Assembly: GCA_036785375.1 (NCBI GenBank)
Contig: JAWMAR010000406.1
Coordinates: forward strand, 1,240,001-1,304,000
From: Leucoraja ocellata
Taxonomy: Eukaryota
Direction: 5' to 3'
DNA length: 64,000 nt
The translations under genes were made by a program, and so were the position numbers. The notes under the pieces are model-generated. The model was given only the letters and a program-made list of their open reading frames with translations. It searched no databases and was not told the DNA's origin. This document shows positions 1 through 11,130 of the stretch, in pieces. Within the stretch, counting starts at the first letter, position 1; each line of letters begins with the position of its first letter.

Positions 1-102
1 GAGCGGGGCCCAGGGCGGAGCCATGGGAAGATACGCCGCCCCACCGCAGCACCAACAAGAACATCCTCGGGCCAAACCCATCGGAAACGCTCCCAGAAAT
101 AA
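1..102 (+). CDS. C-terminus of DIRS gag-like ORF1 (partial)
   Basis: Frame 1 is open from base 1 (ERGPGRSHGKIRRPTAAPTRTSSGQTHRKRSQK) to TAA at 100-102, two bases before the pol ATG at 105. The tail is basic and low-complexity. The gag assignment is by position only. Confidence 0.6.
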   Translation, partial: ERGPGRSHGKIRRPTAAPTRTSSGQTHRKRSQK

Positions 103-104
103 AC

Positions 105-2005
105 ATGGAGGTAGGTGGGTCTGGTTCCTGTCGACATACACAGACAAAGGGTGTTGTATTAACAGGAGGGCGTTTGAGGTTCTTCAAACATGTTTGGTGC
201 TCCCTTACTAACAACGAGTTTATACTCAACAGTATCAGTGGATACAAAATTGAATTTAAATCTGGCATAGAACCGCCAGTTCAGCACATGCCCCAAAGGG
301 TATTCCTTCCCTCACATTCGGAGAAGGTAGAAGGACAAGCTGAACTAGACAGGCTCGTGGCCAAAGGCATCATAGAAAGGACCAGACACGAGCCATTGGA
401 ATTTGTATCCAACATCTTTCTAAAAACTAAAAAAGATGGTGGATGTCGTATTATCATTGATTTGACATCACTTAATCAGTCTGTTGAGTATCAACATTTC
501 AAAATGGAGACGTTTGTCACTGCCAGACAACTGATCTCCAAGGGATACTTCATGGCAAGCATAGATATCAAGGATGCTTACTATCTAGTACCCATTCATA
601 AAGATCATTTCAAATATCTGAAATTTATCTGGATGGGGCAACTATGGCAGTATAGAGCATTACCCAATGGTTTAACGACAGCTCCCAGATTATTTACCAA
701 AATCCTTAAAGTGGCCATGAAAAAATTGAGAGAGCAAAATCATTTAGTCGTGGCCTATCTGGACGATGTTCTCATATTAGGGAGAACAAGGGAACTAGCT
801 GTCGCAGGAGTTTTAGCCACTAAACAACTCCTTGAAAATTGGAGCCAATTACTAACATGGATTACCTAGGCTTCACTATTGACACTATCCGTATGACTGT
901 TACTCTGCCTAGAGATAAAAAAGTTACACTTACAGAAGCCTGTAACAGTTTAATCGCAAAACCGCAACCAAGGATACGGCACGTAGCCAGAGTCATTGGT
1001 AGCATAGTAGCAGCATTCCCAGCTGCTCAATTTGGGCCCTTGCATTATCAGAATTTGCAAAGAGCAAGGACATATGCACTACGTCTAAGTAGGGGGCATT
1101 ATGACCGTAAAATGGATTTACCCGCTGAAGCCAAATCAGAACTTCAGTGGTGGGTGGATAATATTTGGCACAGTTACAGTCCTATCGCTGTCACCAATCC
1201 TAACATAACCATCACTACGGATGCCAGTGCTTTAGGCTGGGGAGCTACTAACTCTATAGCCAGCACAGGTGGCAGATGGACTAACTCAGAGGCATCGCTA
1301 CTACAATCACTTGGCATAAACTACTTGGAGATGCTTGCCGCATTTTATGGGCTAAAAGCATATGTATCCGACATGCGGCATGTACATGTCAGGGTTATGA
1401 TTGATAACACAACGGCGGTGTCTTACATCCAGCACATGGGTGGTATAAAATCAGTATCATGCGACAAATTGACTACTATAATCTGACAATGGTGTGTCGA
1501 GCGACATATTTGGCTATCAGCTGCCTACTTACCAGGCAAGCTAAATTCAGTGGCGGACACCAGGTCACGAAAATTCAATGACAACATCGAATGGATGTTA
1601 GACCCAAAAATATTTGCTAGAATTGTCAAGCAATACGGTACGCCAGATATAGATTTGTTTGCATCTAGACTAAATCACCAACTACCCATGTATGTGGCTT
1701 GCGAACAAGACCCAGGGGCAGCAGCGGTAGATGCCTTCACGCTGGATTGGGGAAATTTCTTTTTCTATGCTTTCCCTCCCTTCTGCCTCATCAGTCGGGT
1801 ACTCCAGAAAATACAAGCTGACTCAGCTTCAGGTATTCTGGTCGTGCCCGACTGGCCTACCCAACCATGGTTCCCTATTTTCCACGACATGGTGGTAGAG
1901 TCACCTATGGTTTTTCATAGCCACCCACAACTATTGACTCACCCGGTATCTGGCATAAGCCATCCATGCCATCAAAAATTGAACCTCCTGGTTTCCAGAT
2001 TCTGA
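105..2005 (+). pseudogene. DIRS pol (reverse transcriptase + RNase H + N6-adenine-methyltransferase-like domain), disrupted
   Basis: RT motifs are KKDGGCRIIIDL, IDIKDAY, LPNGL..APRLF and YLDD. RNase H motifs are TTDAS..GWG, INYLE and DNTTAV. The MT domain has DLFASRLN and YAFPPF. There is a frameshift near 840 and an in-frame TGA at 1484-1486 (I*QWC); ORF 1550-2005 continues the same frame. Confidence 0.92.
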
Positions 2006-2976
2006 ACAGACCTTACCAGGGATTGGGGTTATCAGAACGAACAATCACCACCATGTCGGCATCCCTGCGAGATTCCACCAAGAAACAGTACTTGACCTAC
2101 ATCAGGAAATGGGAACAGTACTGCCTCAATGCAGGGACATCTTACAAGACAGCTTCGATAACGGACGTGCTGGAGTTCCTAGGCCACTTGCACCATGACC
2201 AAAAGATGAGCTACAGTGCCATCAATGCAGCACGAAGCGCCCTGTCCGCATACCTCATGCCCCAAGGACATCACAGTATTGGATCCTACCCCCTGGTTAT
2301 CAAACTCCTTAAAGGGATCTATAATACCAAACCCCCTACACCTAGATACACCCATGTGTGGGATGTTAGTGTAGTTTTGCAACACCTTCGAGGTTGGCCT
2401 CCGGTGGGATCATTGAGCCTGGAGCAGTCCACTATTAAGACCCTCATGCTCATGGCGCTCGTCTCTGCTCAGAGGGTTCAGTCGCTGCATCTTTTAAGAC
2501 TGGACTACTTGGTGACCACCCCAGATTCCATTACTTTTACCATACCGGGGTTGGTTAAACAGAGCAGGCCAGGTACATCCAACACTCCGTTAATTTTCCG
2601 GGCTTACCCTCCAGAACCTAGGCTTTGTGTTGTGACCCACCTACATGATTACATAGACACAACCCAACCACTTAGAGGGAGTGAGAAAGCCTTATGGGTC
2701 AGCCATAAAAAGCCTTTTGGACGGGTTACCAGCCAGACAATATCTAGATGGTTGAAACAGGTCCTACATACCGCAGGGATTAACACAGATGTTTTTAAAT
2801 CCCATTCAACCAGGGCAGCGTCCACGTCAGCGGCGACAAGGATGCAGGTTCCCATAGACCACATCCTTGGTACAGCGGGATGGTCAAGGGAATCGACATT
2901 CCAAAAATTCTACCACAAACCGCTGATGGAGAAGGACGTCTTTGCGGAGAAAATTTTAGAATCCGCAAATTTATAA
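1966..2976 (+). CDS. DIRS tyrosine recombinase (phage-integrase family), intact ORF
   Basis: 336-aa ORF with catalytic R (AQRVQSL), H-x-x-R (HSTR), W (AGWS) and Y (FQKFY). AATAAA lies at 3013-3018. Confidence 0.93.
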   Translation: MPSKIEPPGFQILNRPYQGLGLSERTITTMSASLRDSTKKQYLTYIRKWEQYCLNAGTSYKTASITDVLEFLGHLHHDQKMSYSAINAARSALSAYLMPQGHHSIGSYPLVIKLLKGIYNTKPPTPRYTHVWDVSVVLQHLRGWPPVGSLSLEQSTIKTLMLMALVSAQRVQSLHLLRLDYLVTTPDSITFTIPGLVKQSRPGTSNTPLIFRAYPPEPRLCVVTHLHDYIDTTQPLRGSEKALWVSHKKPFGRVTSQTISRWLKQVLHTAGINTDVFKSHSTRAASTSAATRMQVPIDHILGTAGWSRESTFQKFYHKPLMEKDVFAEKILESANL

Positions 2977-3172
2977 TTTACAGCCCAGGGGAGCTATTTT
3001 TTGTTATTGTGAAATAAACATTTTTGTTTTAAAAAACTAACAAATTCGTTGGTCTTTAGATACCACTTCCTCCCTCGATGATCTTTCGGCAGTGAGTGAT
3101 ATAACTGTTACACGGTTTGAAATCACAGACCTTTGAAGTCTTCACGTAGTCACTCACGTGACTCCGAAGTAA

Positions 3173-3475
3173 AATAGTGAGATTAAACGAGTACTTACCA
3201 GTACGAAGTTTGATCTGTATTTTATGAGGAGTTACGATGAGGGATTACGTGCCCTCCGCTCCCACCCTCATTGTATAGATCAAACTCGGGCTGATGTCTC
3301 ATTAATCTTTACTATCTTTACTTCAATATTGTGTCTACCTGTGATTCCACACCGCTGCTTGGAAGTATGCCGCGCCTGCGCGCTGGGTGGGTTCTTCACG
3401 TAATCCCTCATCGTAACTCCTCATAAAATACAGATCAAACTTTGTACTGGTAAGTACTCGTTTAATCTCACTATT
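3173..3475. repeat. 79-bp inverted repeat: DIRS internal complementary region (3173-3251) vs right terminal extension (3397-3475)
   Basis: The arms are reverse complements with a single mismatch (3205/3443). Confidence 0.95.
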
Positions 3476-3877
3476 CTGCTTTAGCACTTGTCACCTTATG
3501 AACTTAAAATCGTACAAGCCAAATGCAAACATGGAATAGGTTGGAGAATGAAAAGTGAAATGTTGGAGAAATCCTACATTTTCTTCGGTTACAAATTACA
3601 ACACGGATGTGTGAGGCTCCAAGGTCTCCTTGTGGATAAAATGCGCTTGAGTTTCAATATAATTTGCGGGGTGGGAGATTGCAACCTTCACGTGGTCCGC
3701 CCTGTTTCAACGAATGCAATCTACCTGGCGTGCACAATCAAATAAGATCAAACAGAACAAGTTGTCCTACAACTTTAGACTGTGCACGCCATACGCAAGA
3801 TGAAGAAGAATACAATTAGTAGTGCTTACGATAGTCCACCTCCAGCATAGTTTTGGAATTAATTTAAATCTGTTAGT

Positions 3878-4562
3878 TCCAATAGGGGAGATAGCTGAAT
3901 GGATTCATGGAAGGAAGCAGAGGGTGATGGTGGAAAGTTTCTTGGTTTCTTGGTTTCTTGGTCCTCCAAAATATTCCAAATGGAATTTAAACTGGAAGGT
4001 TGCTTTTCAGACTGGAGGCAAGTGAGTAGTGGTGTGCCTCAGAGTTTGGTATTGAGCTCATTGTTGTTTGTTATTTATGAGAACACATGATTAGCACGTT
4101 TGCAGATGACACTAATGTGGGTGGCACTGCAGATAGTGAAAATGGTTGTCAAAACTTGCGGTCGAGCAGGTGGGCTGAAGAATGGTTGATGGAATTGAGG
4201 TATTGCATTTTGGGGAATTTATCAAGAGCAGGACCACTACAGTAAATGGTAGAGCTCTGGAGAGTATTGTCGATCTGAGGGCTCCAGGTGTGTATGTGCA
4301 TAGTTGCATGAAAGTGCCGTCACAGCTAAATAATGTGGGCAAAATGCCCTTGGTCTTCTTCAGTCAGAGTACTGAGTATAGAATTTGGGAGGTCATGTTG
4401 GATTTATATAAGACATTGGTGAGGCCACATTTAGAGTATTGTATTCAGTTTTGGGCAGCATGTTATGGGAAAGATGCTGTCAAGCGGCAAAGGGTGCAGA
4501 GACGATTTACAAGGATGCTGCCAGAACGTGAGGGCCTGAGCTCTAGTGATGGGTTGAGCAGG
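3878..4562 (+). mobile_element. Degenerate CR1-clade (HER1-like) LINE RT fragment
   Basis: Motifs SGVPQ, FADD and LYKTLVRPHLEYCIQFW..RVQRRFTRM are spread over several frames. Confidence 0.85.
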
Positions 4563-5534
4563 CTAGAAATTTGTACGTTCTCCCTGTGACCGTGAGGGTT
4601 TTCTCCGGGAGTTCCGGTTTCGTCCCACACTCCAAAGACGTACATTTTTGCAGGTTAATTGGCTTTGGTAAAATTGTAAATTGTCCCCAGTGTGTAGGAT
4701 AGTGCTAGTGTATGGGGTGATTGATGTCCAGCACGGAATTGATGGGCCAAAGGGCCTGTTTGTACACTGCATCTCTAAAGTTTAAAGAACCAGGATTCAG
4801 TAAGTAATTCCAAAATTGATACATAGGACACATTTCTCTTAACTAAACAGGATTTTTACTGTGGAACAACACTAATTTGTTACAGTGTATGTGCTCTCTT
4901 CACGGGATTATCTATGTATGAAAGAACGGTGAAATATGACAAGCTTTACAGCTATAAATAATGAGAGAGACTGACAGCTCACATCATTCAATCAAAGAAA
5001 GGATTTGCATTGGTTGATAATCACTGCAAAACATTAATGCAAATATCTGTTCAATACTATTCATCTTCAGTTTGCTTGCAAATGTCATTTCTCAGAGGAG
5101 GAGATTAATTCTTTCCTTTGAGACATGGCCTTGAATGAGAAAACCCAGAATATATCTCAAGTAAACCTTGTTTGTGACTAATGCAGATTCCTGGACTCGT
5201 GGCAGGAACTCAGTAAGGATGGGCTAATTCTACTTCTATCGCTTATGATTTTATGACATGATCTCCTGAGGATAGGTGAGAAAACGGGGCATTAGTACTT
5301 GATTAGTATGGGTATCAGGGGTTATGGGGCAAAGGCAGGAGAATGGGGTTGGTTAGGAGGGAGAGATAGGTCAGCCATGATTGAATGGGCTGAATGGCCT
5401 AATTCTGCTCCTATCACTCACAAAAACCTCCTTCCAGATTATTCCCAATACCGGTGCCCCACACAGCTGATGCCTCCGCTCCTTACTATCCTCCTCACAC
5501 ACTCACGACTGTGCGGCCAAATTCTGCTTTAATT

Positions 5535-6720
5535 CCATTTACACGTTTGCAGCTGACACCACCGTAGTAGGCGGACCTTGCACAATGACGAGACTGAGTA
5601 CAGGATGGAGACAGAGAGCTTAGTAGCATGGTGTCAGGACAACAACCTCTCCCACAATGGGTACTTTAGTTTAGTTTATTGTCACGTGTACAGAGGTACA
5701 GTGAAAAACTTTTGTTGTGTGCTAACCAGTCAGTGGAAAGACAATACATGATTACAATCGAGCCACATACAGTGTACAATGCTTGATAAAGGGAATAACG
5801 TTTAGTGCAAGATAAAGTCTGATTAAAAGTGTCCGATTAAGGAGGGTCTCCAATGAGATGGATAGTTAGTAGCTCAGGATTGCTCTCCAGCAGTTGATAG
5901 GATGAATCAGTTGCCTAATAACAGCTGGGAAGCAACTATCCCTGAATCTGAAGGTGTGCGTTTTAACTGTAGGTAAAACTTCAGGAAGTTGGGTGGAGCA
6001 CTCAGTCTTCAGGAAATGGCCAAAAGGTTCACATTTCCCAGTGTAAATATCACTGACAGTTTGGCTGATCCAACCACATCGAAGCTACAGAGCAGAAAGC
6101 GCAAATACGCCTCAACTTGCTCAGAAGGCTCGGTGGCACAGCGGTAGAGTTGCTGTCTACCAGCGCTTGCAGTGCCATAGACCCAGGTTCGATCCCGACT
6201 ACGAGTGCTGTCTGTACGGAGTTTGTACGTTCTCCACATGACCGCGTGGATGTTCTCCGAGATCTTCGCTTTCCTCTCACACTCCAAAGACGTACAGGTA
6301 TATAGGTATGTAGCTTATTAGACTTGGTATAAATTGTAAATTGTCCTTAGTGTGTGTATGATAGTGTTGGTGTGCGGGGGGTCGTTGGTCGACGTGCACT
6401 TGCTGGGCCGAAGAGATTGTTTCCATGCTATAATCTCTAAACCAAACTAAACCAAACCAAAGGTTCAGGAAGTTCAACATGTCTCCAATGACTGTTACCA
6501 ATTTCTACAGATGCACCTTAGAAAGAATCCTATCCGGATGCATCGCAGCCTTGTATGGCAACTGCTCTGTTCACGACCACAAGGAACTCCAGTCCATCAT
6601 GTAACCCACTCAGGTCGACTCAATCTGCACTTTATGCTGCCTTGGGCAAGTAGCCCAATGTGACAAAAAACACTCGCACTCTCCCCTTCAGGCAAAGGAT
6701 ACATATGCATCTACCCACTT
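5535..6720 (+). mobile_element. Old Rex1/Babar-like LINE fragment split by later insertions
   Basis: An FAADTTVVG..NDETEYR..AWCQDNNL-like segment lies at 5545-5650. The NFYRCTLE..WYGNCS-like segment resumes at about 6460, after a minus-strand LINE tail and a SINE. Confidence 0.65.
6128..6458 (+). mobile_element. tRNA-derived V-SINE (HE1-like)
   Basis: A box (ggtggcacagcggt), B box (ggttcgatccc), V-domain-like core, LINE-derived tail and (aaact/aaacc)n end. Confidence 0.85.
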
Positions 6721-6739
6721 TCAGGAAACAATGTACCTA

Positions 6740-7575
6740 TGATCCATCTACCATACTCCCCAGGATCTTTCCATTCACTGTGATGGTCCTGCCCTTCTTT
6801 GACTTCCCAAAATGCAACACCTCACACTTATCTGCATTAAACTCTATTTGCCATTCTTCAGCCCATTTGCCCAGCTGTTCAAGATCCTGCTGTAATTATT
6901 GGTAATCTTCTTCACTGTTGGCAATGCCACCTACTTTAGTGTCACTTGCAAACTTACTAATCATGGCTTGGACATCCTCATCTAAATCGTAAATATAAAC
7001 CACAAACAGCAATGGGCCCAGCGCTGATCCCTGACACATACCATTCGTCATAGGCCTTCACTTCAAAAAAACAAACTTCATCTACCACCCTCTGCATCCT
7101 CCCATGAAGCTAATTTTGTACCCAGGCAGCTATCTCTCCCTGGATGCCATGCAATCTAACCATTCAGACCATCCTACCATGTGGAAACATACAAAGGTCT
7201 TACTCTAGTCTTTGCCCTCATCAACCTTCTTGGTTACTTCGTCCAAAACACAGTCAATTTTGTGTATCTCCCACATACAAAACCACATTGACTATCCCTA
7301 ATTAGCCTTTGTATATCCAAATGCAGATATATATTATCCCTCAGAATCCTCTCCAGTAACTTACCTACCACAGATGTTAGGCTCACTGGTCTATAGTTCC
7401 CATGCTTTTCCTTGCAGCCCTTCATAAACAGAGGCACAACAGTAGCCACCTTACAGTCATCCACCCATATCTAACAATTCATTTATCTACATCAGGGCTC
7501 CTGCAATTTCTGCTCTAATTTCCCACAGAGCTTTTGGATATATCGGATCAGGCCTTGGAGATTTATCTACCTTCT
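6740..7575 (-). mobile_element. CR1-clade LINE ORF2 fragment
   Basis: The minus-strand ORF 7234-7464 has VVPLFMKG..NYRPVSLTSVVGKLLE. The degenerate RT continues towards 6740. Confidence 0.85.
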
Positions 7576-8726
7576 AAAGGACTAAAAATAGATCCCAATA
7601 AATGCTGACTTTGTAGTTCTGGGATGAGAGATTGAACGTAAATATGCCTTAATACTGAACTCTTGAGATTGAAGAAATCATCAGATAAAAGATCGGATTC
7701 AATTTATTTCCAGATTTGATCTGGCAAAAGTAAATGCCTGTTTCTACTCCAGTCTCAATGCAAAATTACAAATCAGCATTTCACAGTTATGATGATAGTA
7801 ATTACAGATTGGTTGCATTGATAATTCAAGTCATTTCATGTTTCAAAACAGTGATTTTCAATAAAATGATTCACACTGTGTTTTGAAGTTCACACACAAA
7901 CATGTTGAGATTTAAGCTGTCGTTGGCTGAAGCAAAGTAATTGAGAATATTTTGTATCATATCCCGCAGAGATTGCTGATTGCCCCTCGAACGATGACCT
8001 TATCCACGACCAACACTCGATACGACATATCATCAATTGTTCCCATCTAGCGGGGGTGAAAAAAAAAAATCAGATAGATCATTTCATAGATTTGTATTTC
8101 AGTAGGTTCTGGGCACATTACGACGCAGCATGAAAAGTTGTTAACAGCACGCACAAACTGTACTCCTATTTTCCAATTTTCCATTTGGCACTTCTCCAGA
8201 AACATTGAATAATAGAGTATTCTTCTCAGTTCATATCTCATGTTCTCGCTGTGCTTTTTTTTTTTTTTTGCATTGCTTGTATTTTTCAATTCTCCAGGCT
8301 GTTATTCATTGTTCAGAAACGGAGGTTGTTGTGATACAGGTCAGAATGGCTTCATCACAGGGGTGCCTATTGCGGGCCCTGCTTGGGTGTTTAAAGGTGA
8401 TTTAAGAAGGCAATGTCCAAGTAATTCAATTTCAAGAAAAGAGGTGATAAATTGAAAGCTGGAGCTGGGGCTGGAACAGTGACTTGTTACATAGCAGTTC
8501 TGGACATGTCTTTTGTTTGTCGACCTGATGCATTAAGTAGGATCAATTGTCACTTTTGCATCAATGTACAATGAACATCAATAATTTTAGGAGTACTGTG
8601 CACCGGAAAAAAAACTAACCAGGAGAAATTGATGATAATGTTGTAGCTCTTAAAAGATTACTATCTCCAACCATTGCTGAACATTGTGCTGCAGCTTGTG
8701 AAGTACTGTCACCAAGTACGGTGACG

Positions 8727-10166
8727 TCAGATCAGAGTCAGATTCAGATTCAGATTCAATTTTAATTGTCAATTTTCACCACCCTCTGCAATGCCTTCCG
8801 GTCGGAGACAGAGCAGTTGCCATACCATACTGTGATGCAGTTGGTAAGGATGCTCTCGATGGTGCAGCGGTAGAAGTTCACCAGGATCTGAGGAGATAGA
8901 TGGACCTTCTTCAGTCTCCTCAGGAAGAAGAGACACTGATGAGCCTTCTTGATCAGAGTAGAGGTATTGTGGGTCCAAGAGAGGTCATCGGAGATGTTGA
9001 CTCCCAGGAACCTGAAGCTAGAAACACGTTCCACCTCTGTCCCGTTAATGTGGATGGGGGTGTGCGTGCCGCCTCTGGACTTCCTGAAGTCTACAATGAT
9101 CTCCTTGGTCTTCTTGGCGTTAAGGGCCAGGTTGTTGTCAGCGCACCATGTTGCTAAGTGCTGGACCTCCTCCCTGTAGGCCAACTCATCGTTGTTGCTG
9201 ATGAGGCCAATCACCGTTGTATCATCTGCATACTTGATGATGGTGTTAGTACCATGTACAGGTGTGCAGTCATAGGTGAAGAGGGAGTAGAGGAGGTGGC
9301 TCAGCACACAGCCCTGTGGAACGCCGGTGTTCAGGGTGAGGGTTGAAGAGGTGTGCTTGTCTAACCTCACAGACTGGGGTCTGTTGGTTAGAAAGTCCTG
9401 TATCCAGTTGCAGAGGGAGGGGTCGATGCCCAGGTTACCGAGTTTGGTGATCAGTTTTGATGGTATAATTGTGTTGAATGCTGAGCTGTAATCGATGAAC
9501 AGCATTCTTACGTAAGTGTCTCTGTTGTCGAGGTGGAAGAGGGCGGAGTGAAGTGCCGTTGAGATGGCATCTTCCGTACTCCTGTTCTTGCGGTAGGCAA
9601 ACTGATAGGGATCCAGTGTGGGGGGTAGGCAGCTTTTGAGGTGTGCCAGGACCAGCCTCTCGAAGCACTTGGTGATGGTGGGGGTAAGTGCAACTGGGCG
9701 GAAGTCGTTGAGGCTTGCCGCAGTGGAGTGTTTTGGCACTGGCACGATGGAGGTGGTTTTAAGGCACGTGGGGACAACTGCTTGGGCAAGTGACAGGTTG
9801 AAGATGTCAGTCCAGACGTCTGTCAGCTGCGCAGCACAGGTCCTGAGCACGCGCCCGGGGATGCCGTCAGGGCCAGCAGCTTTACGTGCATTAGTCCTAT
9901 CAGTGCCACGTATACGTCGTAGGGGGTGAGTGTGAGGGGTTGGTGATCGGCAGGTAGCACAGCCTTGATGGCTGTCTCTAGATTGTCCCTGTCAAAGCGG
10001 CCATAGAAGTGATTAAGCTCCTCAAGGAAGGAGGCGTCGCTGGATGTGGGGGTGGTGTTGGAGGGTCTGTAGTCCGTGATGGCCTGTATGCCTTGCCACA
10101 TGCGTCGGGGGTCGGAGTTATTGTTGAAGTGCTCCTCAATCCTGAGCTTATGGCAGTGCTTGACAT
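8727..10166 (-). mobile_element. Rex1/Babar-like LINE, 5'-truncated, RT largely intact
   Basis: 362-aa ORF with [33 protein letters not shown] and KYADDTT. There is a frameshift near 9895 and a (GAATCT)n 3' tail at about 8727-8760. Confidence 0.93.
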
Positions 10167-10347
10167 GGAGATGGGCTCGGGTGCCCCCTTTCACCGCAGT
10201 GGGCATCAATATTCTGGTTGAAGAACAAGATCTGGGTTTTCGGGGTTATCAATCCCTAACTCAGAACTACAAAGTTAGCATTTAGGGGGATCTATTTTTT
10301 TATCATGTGCAGTTTTAATGTGCTGTTAACACAATGCATTAAATTTT

Positions 10348-10790
10348 AAGCGGAGGCTGGGCGATCGTTTCGCCGAACACCTTCGCTCAGTCCGCAATAA
10401 CCTACCTGAACTCCCGGTGGCTCAGCACTTCAACTCCCCCTTCCCATTCCCAATCCGACCTCTCTGTCCTGGGTCTCCTCCATTGCCAGAGTGAGCAACA
10501 CCGGAAATTGGAGGAACAGCACCTCATATTCCGCCTGGGTTGCTTGCGTCCGGTTGGCATGAACGTTGAATTCTCCCAGTTTTGCTAGCCCTTGCTGTCT
10601 CCTCCCCTTCCTTAACCCTCGAGCTGTCTCCTCCCATCCCCCCGCCCTCGGGCTCCTCCTCCTCCCTTTTTCCTTCCTTCTCCCCCCCACCCCCCATCAG
10701 TCTGAAGAAGGGTTTCGGCCCGAAACGTCGCCTATTTCCTTCGCTCCATAGATGCCGCTGCACCCGCTGAGTTTCACCATCATTTTTGTG
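10348..10790 (+). mobile_element. Penelope-like element 3' fragment (GIY-YIG C-terminus + pLTR)
   Basis: Encodes RRLGDRFAEHLRSV..PVAQHFNS..RKLEEQHLIFRLG..GMNVEF, followed by a pyrimidine-rich tract and a hammerhead-core motif. Confidence 0.88.
10698..10733 (+). ncRNA. Minimal type-I hammerhead ribozyme core in Penelope pLTR
   Basis: CTGAAGA (10702-10708), GGG/CCC stem II, GAAAC and a GTC triplet (10727-10729). Stem III is reduced to the palindrome ACGT and stem I is weak. Confidence 0.6.
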
Positions 10791-10825
10791 TGCCTGCATT
10801 AAATTCAAGTCTGTGTTATTCACTC

Positions 10826-11130
10826 TTTAGACTTTTAGACTTTAGTGATACAGTGCGGAACCAGTTCCTTCGGCCCACCGAGTCCGCGCTGACCAGCGAT
10901 CACCCCGCACACTAACACTATCCTACACACTAGTGACAATTTTCAATTTTACCAAAGCCAATTAACCCACAATCCCATACATGTGGGAGGAAACCGGAAC
11001 ACCTGGCGAAAACCCACGTGGTCACAGGGAGAACGTACAGATGCCGAACAGATAGTGCCCATGGTCAGGATTGAACCCGGGTCTTTGGTGCTGTAAGGCA
11101 GCAGCTCTATCACTGCGCCACTGTGCCGCT
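10826..11130 (-). mobile_element. HE1-like V-SINE
   Basis: Reverse complement of the same SINE consensus, with tRNA-like head at about 11060-11130. Confidence 0.85.

Larger units (their letters stand above)
1..3475 (+). mobile_element. DIRS1-like tyrosine-recombinase retrotransposon (5' part lies outside the window)
   Basis: Order is gag tail, RT (YLDD), RNase H, adenine-MTase-like domain, tyrosine recombinase. A 79-bp internal sequence follows that is complementary to the element's 3' end (ICR architecture). Confidence 0.95.

Noticed and set aside
23-211. 62-aa ORF overlapping the pol start
   Set aside because: This is an alternative-frame overlap. Frame 1 (stop at 100-102) fits the gag end better, and the peptide has no recognisable motif.
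6128-6200. tRNA-like sequence with A and B boxes (also at other SINE heads)
   Set aside because: These continue directly into SINE bodies and do not form a complete cloverleaf, so they are not tRNA genes.
8240-8455. Plus-strand ORF with acceptor-like tctccag and Cys/Gly-rich peptide
   Set aside because: No recognisable family and no partner exons found. The upstream T-run explains the acceptor-like look.
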